This document shows, piece by piece, positions 24,290-34,084 of a DNA stretch of 64,000 nucleotides (position 1 is the stretch's first letter; each line of letters starts with the position of its first letter). Source of the DNA: Candidatus Kerfeldbacteria bacterium (GTDB lineage Bacteria > Patescibacteriota > Patescibacteriia > UBA10025 > JAHIVO01). The translations under genes were made by a program, and so were the position numbers. The notes beneath the pieces are model-generated. The model had not been told where the DNA came from. It did no database searches and saw only the letters and a list, made by a program, of their open reading frames with translations. The stretch is taken from assembly GCA_047946875.1 (NCBI GenBank), contig CP181398.1:1169329-1233328 (forward strand). Reading direction: 5' to 3'.

Positions 24290-24856
24290 ATGATAATAAG
24301 TCTTAGTGGCAAGCCAGGATCAGGAAAAAGTACCGTAGCTAGAAAATTAGCTGCGGATCTTGGTTATGAGAGAATATATATTGGTGGTATGCGTCGAGAA
24401 GTTGCCAGAAAGAAAGGGATGACTTTAGCAGAGTTTAATAAGTGGGGAGAAGAAGGTAATGATGCTGACGCAGAGTTTGAGAGGTATGTTGAAGAACTTG
24501 GTAAGACAAAAGATAATTTCATTATTGAAAGTCGAACAGCTTTTCATTTCATTCCTCGCTCTTTAAAAATATTTATAGATGTTAGTCCAGAAGAAGGAGC
24601 AAAAAGAATTTGGGGGGCTATCGAAAAAAATAGTCAGCCTAACCGCAATGAAGATAGTAATCTACAAAGTCACGAAGATGTTTTACAAAGTATTAAGGAA
24701 AGAATGAAGAGTGATGATTTTCGATATAAGAAGTATTATGATATCGATATTTTTGAAGAGAAAAATTACGATTTATTTTTAGATACAACAAATTTGAATC
24801 CAGAAGAAGAATATCAAGCAGTTTATGATTTTGTAAAAGAGAAATTAGTGAAATAA
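24290..24856 (+). CDS. cytidylate kinase-like (archaeal-type CMP kinase) P-loop NMP kinase
   Basis: P-loop GKPGSGKST. Overall similarity to short (d)CMP kinases. Confidence 0.75.
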   Translation: MIISLSGKPGSGKSTVARKLAADLGYERIYIGGMRREVARKKGMTLAEFNKWGEEGNDADAEFERYVEELGKTKDNFIIESRTAFHFIPRSLKIFIDVSPEEGAKRIWGAIEKNSQPNRNEDSNLQSHEDVLQSIKERMKSDDFRYKKYYDIDIFEEKNYDLFLDTTNLNPEEEYQAVYDFVKEKLVK

Positions 24857-25001
24857 AAACAAATGAGATGTCGAAACAAGTTCGGCATGAGGGGTAGTAT
24901 TTATACAATCTTCCTCATTCTGAATTTATTTCAGAATCTATAAGTAAAAAAACCGTTTATATTTATATAAACGGCAATTTTTTTAAATGGGCATGATTCT
25001 T

Positions 25002-25256
25002 TTACTCGCTTGTAGCTTTCGTATTGGAATTTTTTTCAAGCCACTCGACGATTGCACTCTCTGGTATTCGCCAGTCCTTACCTAGTTTGTAAGCTCGGAT
25101 TTCACCTCGTTGAACCTTGCGGGTGATGACCTGGACATTCATTTGAAGTCTACCGGCCAATTCTTTTGTCGTGAAAAACGTCTCTGCTGAGAAAGTTAAA
25201 GTGCTCACAATTTTTCCCTTCCATATTCTTCCAGTTAGCAAGTGAATTTGCTTCAT
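25002..25256 (-). CDS. excisionase-family / MerR-like helix-turn-helix DNA-binding protein
   Basis: TTKELAGRLQMNVQVITRKVQRGEIRAYKLGKDWRIPESAIVEWL. The true start may be an internal GTG. Higher GC than its surroundings. Confidence 0.7.
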   Translation of the reverse strand: MKQIHLLTGRIWKGKIVSTLTFSAETFFTTKELAGRLQMNVQVITRKVQRGEIRAYKLGKDWRIPESAIVEWLEKNSNTKATSE

Positions 25257-25685
25257 CCGTGATCAGTTAAACGGGTGTTAAAAAAGTGATTATCTCCTTT
25301 AAAGTACAATTCTCCTCCTCAAATAAGTATCATGATTAGATATTATAATACCTTAATACAATAGATATTTTCTGTCAATAAATTCATCACTAATTTTGAA
25401 TAAAGATATAATTATGTAGTTAACTAATCGTAACAAAATGATTTTTATTATCTAGTTAATTGTTAACACCTCCATAGGAGGTGTTATTGATAGGAATTAA
25501 CAGGAATTAACCCTTTATGGTTTTATTTAATAGCCTAAAGGTTGAATTCCTAAAAAAGTAAGTATATTTGCCTGTGGATAACTAAAATGGCATAATAATG
25601 GGCATTGTTGGAATTTTATAATTATTGCTAACTTTAGCATATATTTACTATTGACAAGAGGCTAAATACGTGCTATACTGTTTTT

Positions 25686-26079
25686 ATAAGGTATATTAAC
25701 ATTTTATCAACAGCAGGGAGTGATTTACTCTTAAATAAGGTTATTTAAGGCTAAATCGTTCTTTACTGCTAAATGGAGTGACTGGTACTCCGACTTCATT
25801 CTCTTGACGCGAGAGATATACGAAGTAATTTTGAAAAAATAATCAAAATAAAAAGGAAATATCCTAAATAATAAAATATTTGAGATGTTACCACGAAGTG
25901 GTGAAGAATTTAAAAGATTGCTTTTTGATCGCCAGTAACAAAAAGCTTAAAGATTATTCTTATAAATAATCTTGGCGCCTACCTATTTTATTAGGTGGAC
26001 ACCAGGTAATAGAATAATCCTAGGGTGGTTGACGCTCAATAAGTAATCTTTTAGGAGCGGTCAGACCGCCCTTTTTTTT
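25686..26079 (+). ncRNA. ~390-nt untranslated transcript unit / cis-regulatory leader upstream of rnhB
   Basis: Near-consensus promoter: TTGACA 25651-25656, 17-nt spacer, TGcTATACT 25671-25679. Several nested hairpins. Terminator 26054-26071 plus T8 at 26072-26079. An alternative pairing of 26030-26037 with 26055-26063 competes with the terminator. No convincing ORF. Confidence 0.5.
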
Positions 26080-26105
26080 ACAGAAATTTCTTCTATACTA
26101 TAGTT

Positions 26106-26714
26106 ATGGAATATCCAACAAAAAGAGAAGAGAATAAATTATTTAAACAGGGATATAAATATGTTGCTGGTATTGATGAAGCAGGGCGTGGTGCCTGGGC
26201 TGGTCCTTTGGTTGCTGCAGCAGTAATATTACCCAAAGATTTTAAACTGAAAGGTTTAAATGATTCTAAGAAATTATCCGCAAAACAACGAGATGATTTT
26301 TTTACAATTATTACTAAAAATGCACTTGCCTATTATGCCTGCATAATACCATCGAAAGAAATTGATAAAGGTGGAGTTGGTAAAGCGAACTTGTTAGCTA
26401 TAAAAAAAAGCGCTGAAGGATTGAAGATTAAACCTGATTATATATTAATCGATAGTTTTAAGGTTACTTGGAATGATATCCCTGCAAAATCTATTACTAA
26501 AGGTGATACCAAAGTGATAGCTATTGCAGCAGCTTCAGTAATTGCCAAAGTTACGAGGGATCGTATTATGGTACAATATCATAATAAATTTCCTAAGTAC
26601 GGATTTGATAAGCACAAGGGATATGGTACCAAAGAACATCATAATAATTTGAAGAGTTACGGCATAACCCCAATACATAGACAATCTTACCAACCAATTA
26701 AAGAATTAATGTAA
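26106..26714 (+). CDS. rnhB: ribonuclease HII
   Basis: GIDEAGRGAWAGPLVAAAV and the rest of the RNase HII pattern. Confidence 0.95.
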   Translation: MEYPTKREENKLFKQGYKYVAGIDEAGRGAWAGPLVAAAVILPKDFKLKGLNDSKKLSAKQRDDFFTIITKNALAYYACIIPSKEIDKGGVGKANLLAIKKSAEGLKIKPDYILIDSFKVTWNDIPAKSITKGDTKVIAIAAASVIAKVTRDRIMVQYHNKFPKYGFDKHKGYGTKEHHNNLKSYGITPIHRQSYQPIKELM

Positions 26715-26761
26715 AAACCTAGTAAATTAGCAGTTATTTTAATATATGATATAATATAACC

Positions 26762-27322
26762 ATGAATCATAAGCAGCCAGCTGGCCATACATTTTTACAC
26801 CCAGAGAATATTCTAAAAGAAATAGGATTGTCTATTGGTGAAACAATAGCTGATTTTGGTTGTGGTGGTGGTTATTTTGTAATTCCAGCCGCAAAAATAA
26901 TTGGTGACGATGGTGTAGCTTATGGTGTTGATGTATTAAAAAATGCATTATCTTCATTGGATGTTAAATCGCGAATGTTTGGGCTAACCAATGTTAAACC
27001 TGTTTGGGCAAACGTAGAGATTTTTGGAGCTTCTCGTGGTATACATGACAATATATTGGATATGGTTTTTTTGGTTCAGATAATGTCTCAATCAAAAAAA
27101 AGAAGAGAAATTTTCAAAGAGGTTGATAGAGTCTTAAAGCATAATGGTGGTAAGATTATGGTTATCGATTGGAAAAGTGATAAATTAAGCTTTAGTCCTA
27201 ATCCAGCTTCGATGACAAAACCTGAAGAAATTAAAGAAATAGCTAAGTCGTTCGGATTAATTTTAGAAAAAGAATTTGAACCAAGTGATTATCATTTTGG
27301 TTTATTGTTAAAGCGAGCGTAA
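26762..27322 (+). CDS. class I SAM-dependent methyltransferase
   Basis: Motif I DFGCGGGYF. Confidence 0.8.
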   Translation: MNHKQPAGHTFLHPENILKEIGLSIGETIADFGCGGGYFVIPAAKIIGDDGVAYGVDVLKNALSSLDVKSRMFGLTNVKPVWANVEIFGASRGIHDNILDMVFLVQIMSQSKKRREIFKEVDRVLKHNGGKIMVIDWKSDKLSFSPNPASMTKPEEIKEIAKSFGLILEKEFEPSDYHFGLLLKRA

Positions 27323-27354
27323 TAATTATTATAATTTAATAAAACCTTCCCTTA

Positions 27355-27735
27355 ATGAATAAGGGATTTTTTATTATGAATAATAACAAAAGCTTAGGTA
27401 ATTGGGGGGAGGATTTAGCCGTAAAATATTTATTACAAAAAAGTTATATAATAATGTATAGACATTGGCAAAAAAGAGAAGGTGAAATTGATATTGTTGC
27501 TTATGATAAAAATGATAGATATTTAGTTTTTGTAGAGGTTAAAACTAGAATAAGTTCTCAATTTGGTTCACCAGAAGAATCGCTAAGTTATAAAAAGAAA
27601 CAAAGCCTAGGTAATATCATTATGTTTTATTTACAGGAAGCTGGATATAAAAATAGATATAGATTTGATCTGATTACAATCAAAAAAACTGATCATGTTA
27701 AGATAACTCATTATAAAAATTTATCCTTAGAATAA
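27355..27735 (+). CDS. YraN-family (UPF0102) endonuclease-like protein
   Basis: GEDLAVKYL...GEIDIVA...VFVEVKTR. Confidence 0.85.
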   Translation: MNKGFFIMNNNKSLGNWGEDLAVKYLLQKSYIIMYRHWQKREGEIDIVAYDKNDRYLVFVEVKTRISSQFGSPEESLSYKKKQSLGNIIMFYLQEAGYKNRYRFDLITIKKTDHVKITHYKNLSLE

Positions 27736-27826
27736 ACTTGCCAAATTAAGTTATATAATATATACTCTAAATACTAAGACTAGTTTATCAAAACTGGTCT
27801 ATTTTATTAAATATTTAGACAATTAT

Positions 27827-29224
27827 ATGGCAAAAGAAAATGAGATAGTATTAGCAGTTAAGCAAATTTGTGAAGAAAAAAATATATCATTTGAATCAGT
27901 CATCGAAACAATTGAAGCTGCGTTGGCAGTGGCTTATCGTAAGGATTTTGGTGAAAAAAATCAAAATATTAAAGTTGAATTTGATATTGAAACTGCCGAT
28001 GCTAGTGTTTTTGATGTAAAAAAGGTAGTGACAGATGAAATATTTGAAGTATATGAAAAATTAAGAGAAGAAAAATTAGCAGAAGAAGCTAAAGAGGCTG
28101 CTGATGCTGAAAAAGGAATTGTTAAAAAGGAAAAAAAACCTACTAAAGTAGAAAAAAAAGAGGAAATAGATGATGAGGAAGAAGTAGAGAGATTTAATCC
28201 AAAAACTGATATTTCTTTATCAGAGGCCAAAAAAATTAAGAAAAGTATAAAGTTAGAGGGGGAAATCAAAACCGCTCTTACACCACCAGCTGCATATGGA
28301 AGAATGGCCGCTCAAACTGCTAAGCAAGTAATTGTTCAACGTTTACGTGAAGCAGAACGTGAGAATATTTATAAAGAGTTTAAAGATAAAGAAGGTGACG
28401 TAATAAACGGGACTATCCAGAGGGTAGAAGGAAGAATGGTGTTGGTTGATCTCGGTCCGACTACGGCATTATTACCTCCTCCAGAGCAAGTACCAATGGA
28501 AAGATATAATTCTGGTCAAAGATTTAAATTTTATGTAGTTGCAGTTAATGAGACTCCAAAAGGTCCAGAGATAATTTTGTCTAGATCTCATGTTGAAATG
28601 GTAAAAAAATTATTTATGTTGGAAGTACCAGAAATTGGTAACGGTTCAGTAGAAATAAAATCTATTGCAAGAGAAGCAGGCTCTCGTACTAAGTTGGCTG
28701 TTTTTACAACTCAGAAAAATATCGATCCAGTTGGTTCATGTGTTGGTCAACGTGGTGCAAGAGTACAAACTATAATTTCTGAGATTGGTGGGGAGAAAAT
28801 TGATATTGTTGAGTGGGATGAAGATCCTGTTAAATTTATTACAAATTCTCTATCCCCAGCTAAAGTATTAGGTGTTAATACAAATGAAGAAGAAAAAACT
28901 GCCAAAGTAGAAGTAAAAGAAGATCAATTATCTTTGGCTATTGGTAAAGCGGGTCAGAATGTAAGATTGTCTGCCAAATTGACTGGTTGGAAGATTGACA
29001 TAATTTCAGAAGCTGGTATACCGGCCATACCAAAGGAAGAATTAGATGATAAAGATGAAGATATTGAAAGTGAAGAAGAGATTGAAAAAAAAGAGGAGCC
29101 AAAAGATCTTGCAGCAAGCCTGCCTACCGGACAGGCAAGTTCAGAAGAAGTAAAAGAGGAAGAGAAGAAGGATGTTAAGGAAGAAGAGGTTGTAGAAGAA
29201 AAAAAGGAGGATAAAGAAAAATAA
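27827..29224 (+). CDS. nusA: transcription termination/antitermination factor NusA with acidic C-terminal tail
   Basis: S1 and tandem KH domains. E/K-rich insert and tail. Confidence 0.95.
   Translation: MAKENEIVLAVKQICEEKNISFESVIETIEAALAVAYRKDFGEKNQNIKVEFDIETADASVFDVKKVVTDEIFEVYEKLREEKLAEEAKEAADAEKGIVKKEKKPTKVEKKEEIDDEEEVERFNPKTDISLSEAKKIKKSIKLEGEIKTALTPPAAYGRMAAQTAKQVIVQRLREAERENIYKEFKDKEGDVINGTIQRVEGRMVLVDLGPTTALLPPPEQVPMERYNSGQRFKFYVVAVNETPKGPEIILSRSHVEMVKKLFMLEVPEIGNGSVEIKSIAREAGSRTKLAVFTTQKNIDPVGSCVGQRGARVQTIISEIGGEKIDIVEWDEDPVKFITNSLSPAKVLGVNTNEEEKTAKVEVKEDQLSLAIGKAGQNVRLSAKLTGWKIDIISEAGIPAIPKEELDDKDEDIESEEEIEKKEEPKDLAASLPTGQASSEEVKEEEKKDVKEEEVVEEKKEDKEK
29118..29136. repeat. GC-hairpin element (family cctgcctaccggcaggcagg) in frame inside the nusA tail
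   Basis: gcctgcctaccggacaggc encodes SLPTGQA within an otherwise E/K-rich tail. Related copies at 11171-11190, 48521-40 and 6084-6104. Confidence 0.6.
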
Positions 29225-29247
29225 TTTTAATAAGTAATAAAAATAAT

Positions 29248-29280
29248 TTCCGGCAGAGCCGGATCAGGCTCTGCCTGAAA
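29248..29280. repeat. 34-nt GC palindromic element (family tttccggcagagccggatcaggctctgcctgaaa)
   Basis: 9-bp stem GGCAGAGCC/GGCTCTGCC. Inverted copy at 34085-34120. Third copy inside the old tRNA-Arg fragment (19321-19350). Confidence 0.7.
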
Positions 29281-29305
29281 TTAATAACTAACTTTTTAAA
29301 AAACT

Positions 29306-31300
29306 ATGTCTACACCAATTATCATTGCGTTGGGATCAGCAGTAGTAGCTATTATTTATGGTGTGCTATTGAGCCGTTGGATTTTTAAATTACCTGCAGG
29401 TGATGAAAAGATGCAATCAATTGCAAAAGCAATTCAGGAGGGGGCAAAAGCTTATTTAAACAGACAAACAAAGACGGTTTCATTTATCGCTGTATTTGTT
29501 TTTTTGTTGTTAGGAATGTTAATAGATTGGACAACTGCAGCAGGATTTTTAGTAGGTGCATCTCTTTCAGCAATAGCAGGTTATATTGGTATGAATGTTT
29601 CGGTTAGAGCTAATGTTCGTACAGCAGAAGCTGCAAAAGAAAGTATGGCCAAAGCATTAAGTGTTTCATCAAAGGGTGGAGCAGTAACTGGTTTGTTAGT
29701 AGTTGGCCTTGGTTTATTAGGAGTCGCTGGGTTTTATGCTATCACTGGTGAGGTAAAACCGTTGATTGGTCTTGGTTTCGGTGGTAGTTTAATATCTATT
29801 TTTGCTAGATTAGGTGGTGGTATCTATACAAAAGCTGCTGATGTAGGAGCAGATTTAGTAGGTAAAGTTGAATCAAACATTCCTGAGGACGATCCTCGTA
29901 ATCCAGCTGTTATAGCGGATAATGTTGGTGATAATGTTGGTGATTGTGCTGGTATGGCAGCTGATTTGTATGAGACTTATGCTGTTACAGCTGTAGCGGT
30001 TATGTTATTAGCGCATTTAATATTTCCTGGTTTTGAGAATGCTTTAATGCTTCCTTTAATGATTGGCGCTCTAGCTATTATTAGTTCTGTTATTGGAGTC
30101 CTATTTATCAAATTGGGTAAAAATAAGAGTATTATGGGAGCTCTTTATAAAGGAATGATAGTAGCGGCGGTTTTATCTGCAGCTTCATTTTATCCAATCA
30201 CTAATTGGTTAATGGAGGGTAATGGAGTATATAGTATTAATAATTTATATTTAGCTTCTTTGGTTGGACTAGTAGTCACCGCTTTGATAGTAGTTATTAC
30301 AGAATATTATACCTCTACAAAATATGCTCCAGTCAGATCTATTGCAAAAAGTTCTGAGACTGGACATGGCACTAATGTAATTACTGGGTTAGCAGTTAGT
30401 ATGAAATCAACTGCCTTACCTGTATTAGTAATAGCTGGTGGTATTTTAGCTTCATATGCATTAGCTGATGTTTTTGGTGTAGCAATTGCAGCTATGAGTA
30501 TGCTTTCTTTGGCCGGTATTATTGTGACTATTGATTCTTATGGACCAATTACAGATAATGCAGGTGGTATTGCTGAGATGGCCAAATTACCAGAAGAAGT
30601 AAGAAAAACCACTGATGCTTTAGACGCTGTTGGGAATACAACTAAAGCTGTAACTAAAGGTTACGCTATTGGTTCAGCTGGACTTGCTGCTATAGTATTA
30701 TTTGCTTTTTATGTTCAAGAATTAGCTGATGCCGGTCAGGCTATCGTATTTATGTTAGATGATCCAAAAGTATTAGTCGGATTATTTATAGGTGGTTTAC
30801 TGCCGTATTTCTTTGGCGCACAAGCAATGCAAGCGGTTGGTAAAGTAGCTGGTTATGTTGTCGAAGAAGTAAGAAGACAGTTTAAAGAAAAACCAGGTAT
30901 TATGCAGGGTACTGAAAAACCAGACTACGCTAAAACAGTTGATATTGTAACTAAGGGAGCTATTAAGGAAATGGTTGTACCTGCCTTATTGCCAGTAGCT
31001 GCACCTATATTAGTTGGAGTTATCTTAGGTCCAGTTGCTTTAGGTGGTTTGTTAGTTGGCAGTATTATTACTGGAATATTTGTTGCTTTATCTATGACTA
31101 CTGGTGGTGCTGCATGGGATAATGCAAAGAAATATATTGAAGAAGGAAATCATGGCGGTAAAGGATCAATAGCGCATCAAGCAGCTGTCACTGGAGATAC
31201 AGTTGGTGATCCTTACAAAGATACTGCTGGTCCTGCTATCAATCCAATGATTAAGATTATCAATATTGTCGCATTGTTGATAATTGGATTAATTATTTAA
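29306..31300 (+). CDS. hppA: membrane-bound proton-translocating pyrophosphatase
   Basis: [28 protein letters not shown], multi-TM, 664 aa. Confidence 0.95.
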   Translation: MSTPIIIALGSAVVAIIYGVLLSRWIFKLPAGDEKMQSIAKAIQEGAKAYLNRQTKTVSFIAVFVFLLLGMLIDWTTAAGFLVGASLSAIAGYIGMNVSVRANVRTAEAAKESMAKALSVSSKGGAVTGLLVVGLGLLGVAGFYAITGEVKPLIGLGFGGSLISIFARLGGGIYTKAADVGADLVGKVESNIPEDDPRNPAVIADNVGDNVGDCAGMAADLYETYAVTAVAVMLLAHLIFPGFENALMLPLMIGALAIISSVIGVLFIKLGKNKSIMGALYKGMIVAAVLSAASFYPITNWLMEGNGVYSINNLYLASLVGLVVTALIVVITEYYTSTKYAPVRSIAKSSETGHGTNVITGLAVSMKSTALPVLVIAGGILASYALADVFGVAIAAMSMLSLAGIIVTIDSYGPITDNAGGIAEMAKLPEEVRKTTDALDAVGNTTKAVTKGYAIGSAGLAAIVLFAFYVQELADAGQAIVFMLDDPKVLVGLFIGGLLPYFFGAQAMQAVGKVAGYVVEEVRRQFKEKPGIMQGTEKPDYAKTVDIVTKGAIKEMVVPALLPVAAPILVGVILGPVALGGLLVGSIITGIFVALSMTTGGAAWDNAKKYIEEGNHGGKGSIAHQAAVTGDTVGDPYKDTAGPAINPMIKIINIVALLIIGLII

Positions 31301-31310
31301 AAGATTAAAT

Positions 31311-31958
31311 ATGGCCTACGAAGGGTTTCGTCAAATATTAGGCCCTCTGATGAGAAAAAAGCGGGGCAATGTAACTGGGATAGAGAATCTTCCTGAACAG
31401 CCCCCTTTTATTGTTGCTGTAAATCATGAAGGGTTTTTTGATCCATTGGTATTGTTAACAGTATTATATAATAAATATAAGAGACAAATATTTTTTTTAA
31501 CGGCACAAAATATTTGGGGTATCTGGGGAGAATATTTAGCAATACATTGGTTAGGTATGATACCTCTTCATGAGGATAATCAGGAAAAAAAAGGCGCAGC
31601 CGTAAATGAGGCAATTAGCTATCTAAATAAAGGAGAAATATTTGGAATTTTTCCAGAAGGTTCTAGGAATTCAGATAAGAAAAATTTGTTAAAAGGAAAA
31701 ACCGGAACAGTGCGTATAGCAATTGGTAGTAAGATGAAAGTGGTGCCGATTGGATTGATTAATAATACTGGCTATAGAATTGGTGAGGCTATCAAAAGTT
31801 TATTTAACAAAGATAAAAAAGTTGAAATAAACATTGGTCAACCAATAGATTTTTCAGAATATTACGGAAAAGAGATCGATAAAAGCCTTTTAGAAGATGC
31901 AACTAGAAAGTTGATGAAAGAAATTGGAAAATTGTCTAATAAAGAATATAATTATTGA
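31311..31958 (+). CDS. lysophospholipid (1-acyl-glycerol-3-phosphate-type) acyltransferase
   Basis: H(x)4D motif NHEGFFD and FPEGSRN. Confidence 0.8.
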   Translation: MAYEGFRQILGPLMRKKRGNVTGIENLPEQPPFIVAVNHEGFFDPLVLLTVLYNKYKRQIFFLTAQNIWGIWGEYLAIHWLGMIPLHEDNQEKKGAAVNEAISYLNKGEIFGIFPEGSRNSDKKNLLKGKTGTVRIAIGSKMKVVPIGLINNTGYRIGEAIKSLFNKDKKVEINIGQPIDFSEYYGKEIDKSLLEDATRKLMKEIGKLSNKEYNY

Positions 31959-31959
31959 T

Positions 31960-32598
31960 ATGGTATATCCAATAGCAAATAGAACATTTTTACCTTTTAT
32001 TAGGTTTTTTATAAGGAAATCAGAAGGTTTTGAAAATATTCCCAAAGAAGGTCCTTATATTGTAGCTTGTAAACATCTTGCTTCATTGGATGGTGTTTTT
32101 TTAGCGGCGATTATGATTCCGATAATAAAGCAAAAAATACATTTTGTATCTAACGTAGCTAGATGGGGATGGTTGTGGGAAAAAATAGTAGCTGAGCAAT
32201 GGGCTGGAGTTATTCCTTTTTATAGGAAGCATCCACATATATGTTTGGATATCGCAAAAGAATATTTGAAGCAAGGTAAAATTGTTGGAATATTTCCTGA
32301 AGGATTATTAGAAAGAGATAAAAGCCAAAAGAGGGCAAAAACCGGAGTGGCAAGATTGGCAATATCTTCTAAAGTACCAATATTACCTATAAGTTTGAAA
32401 TATAATAATATGACTAGAGACATGTACGGGAATAGACATGATAGATGGAGAGTCATATGGAATACGATTATAAATCCACATTCTTTAGAAATCAAAGTAA
32501 GAAAAACTTTTGAAATAGATGAATATTATGATGAAGAGGTTGATAAGGAAATGTTAGTAGAGGCTACTAACAAAATCATGGATAAGATCGAGTTTTAA
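31960..32598 (+). CDS. lysophospholipid acyltransferase paralogue
   Basis: ORF track 31924-32598. ATG at 31960 avoids the overlap. KHLASLD and FPEG motifs. Confidence 0.75.
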   Translation: MVYPIANRTFLPFIRFFIRKSEGFENIPKEGPYIVACKHLASLDGVFLAAIMIPIIKQKIHFVSNVARWGWLWEKIVAEQWAGVIPFYRKHPHICLDIAKEYLKQGKIVGIFPEGLLERDKSQKRAKTGVARLAISSKVPILPISLKYNNMTRDMYGNRHDRWRVIWNTIINPHSLEIKVRKTFEIDEYYDEEVDKEMLVEATNKIMDKIEF

Positions 32599-32632
32599 AA
32601 TAAGTTTTTAATTTATTAATAATGATTAATAT

Positions 32633-34084
32633 ATGAAATGGTCTGAAATATCAAAAATGTCAAAAGAAGAAATAAAAAATCTTCAAAATAAACAATTAGA
32701 AAAAATGATCAGACATCAAATTCCTTATTCTCCATATTATAGTAAGATGTTCAAAGATAATAATATTAGTTTTAAAGATATTAAAAATGTTGACGATTTA
32801 CAGAAATTACCATTTACTTCAAAAGAAGATTTGTTAGCTACTAAAGAAGATCCTGCTAAGGCAAAGAAATTTATTTTACAACCGGATGAAAAACTAATTA
32901 AAAAACATGCTCCAAAAAGTAAGTTAGCAAAAATAATATGGGGCAAGCTAACAAAACAAGATGTAAAACGTGACCTTGAGTTAGAATATAAACCAATCCA
33001 TATTCACTTTACTACTGGACGTAGCACAGATCCTATTGCTTTTACTTATTCAGCAAGAGATATATATTATTTACGCGAAGCTGGAGAAAGAATGCTTGAT
33101 GTAGCTGGTGTTCCAAGAGATATCACAGCTATGAATGCATTCCCCTATGCTCCACATTTAGGATTTTGGCAGGTATATAATGCTTGTACCAAAATAGGAT
33201 TAACATCTATTCAAAGTGGAGGTGGTAAGATTATGGGAACTCAGAAGATAATTGATGCAATGGAAAGAATGAAGATTGGATTCATTGCTTTCATACCTGG
33301 ATATGGATATCACTTAATTCGTCAGGCAGTAAAGCAGAAAAGAGATTTTTCAGGTTTAAAAATATTAGCAAGTGGTGGTGAGAGAGCAAGTATGGGTATG
33401 AAAACAAAGACTAAAGAGTTGTTGAAGGAAATTGGAGCTGATGATGTTAGATTTGTATCAACTTACGCGTTTACAGAAGGAAAAGTAGCTTGGATCCAAT
33501 GTCATGAAAGTTCTGGTTATCACTTATATCCAGATTTAGAATATTTTGAGGTAATTGATAAGGAGGGCAATAGAGTCCCAGAAGGTGAACCAGGTGAATT
33601 AGTATATACTTCTTTAAATTGGCGCGGTACAGTCGTTCTACGTTATAGAACGGGTGATATGACTGAAGGTATAGAATATGAACCATGTACACATTGTGGC
33701 AAAACTGTACCAAGAATTAAAATGGATATTCAAAGAACTTCAGAAATTAAAGAATTTCATTTAACTAAAGTAAAAGGTGAATTTGTAAATTTGAATGATT
33801 TTTATCCCCTACTTACATCTATTGATGATGTAGAAGAATGGCAGGTAGAAATTAGAAAGAAGAATAATGATCCATTTGATGTTGATGAAATAGTATTGTA
33901 TATTGCCTCAAAAGAGGGTGTTAATTTTGAACAATTAGAGGCAAAATTAAATCACGAGCTTCATAGTCAAATGTTTATCAGAGCAAACATTATTCAAAAA
34001 CCATTACAGCAGATGTTGCAAATGCTAGGCATGGAAACTGAATTAAAGGAAAAAAGATTAGTTGATAGTAGACCAAAAAAATAA
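32633..34084 (+). CDS. phenylacetate-CoA ligase / F390 synthetase-like adenylate-forming enzyme
   Basis: Overall PaaK-family pattern (TSGRST-like TTGRSTDP, YRTGD). Confidence 0.75.
   Translation: MKWSEISKMSKEEIKNLQNKQLEKMIRHQIPYSPYYSKMFKDNNISFKDIKNVDDLQKLPFTSKEDLLATKEDPAKAKKFILQPDEKLIKKHAPKSKLAKIIWGKLTKQDVKRDLELEYKPIHIHFTTGRSTDPIAFTYSARDIYYLREAGERMLDVAGVPRDITAMNAFPYAPHLGFWQVYNACTKIGLTSIQSGGGKIMGTQKIIDAMERMKIGFIAFIPGYGYHLIRQAVKQKRDFSGLKILASGGERASMGMKTKTKELLKEIGADDVRFVSTYAFTEGKVAWIQCHESSGYHLYPDLEYFEVIDKEGNRVPEGEPGELVYTSLNWRGTVVLRYRTGDMTEGIEYEPCTHCGKTVPRIKMDIQRTSEIKEFHLTKVKGEFVNLNDFYPLLTSIDDVEEWQVEIRKKNNDPFDVDEIVLYIASKEGVNFEQLEAKLNHELHSQMFIRANIIQKPLQQMLQMLGMETELKEKRLVDSRPKK

Noticed and set aside
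25573-25581. Perfect DnaA box (TGTGGATAA = rc TTATCCACA) in the long intergenic region
   Set aside because: It is a single box. There is no cluster, no adjacent dnaA/dnaN and no obvious AT-rich unwinding element pattern. Insufficient evidence for an origin.
26022-26037. AGGGTGGTTGACGCTC resembles the T-box antiterminator consensus (AGGGUGGNACCGCG), and a terminator follows
   Set aside because: No recognisable Stem I features (specifier loop, AG bulge/AGAGA, distal loop, F-box). The downstream genes (rnhB, methyltransferase, yraN) are not aminoacyl-tRNA-related. Kept only as a generic terminator/antiterminator leader.
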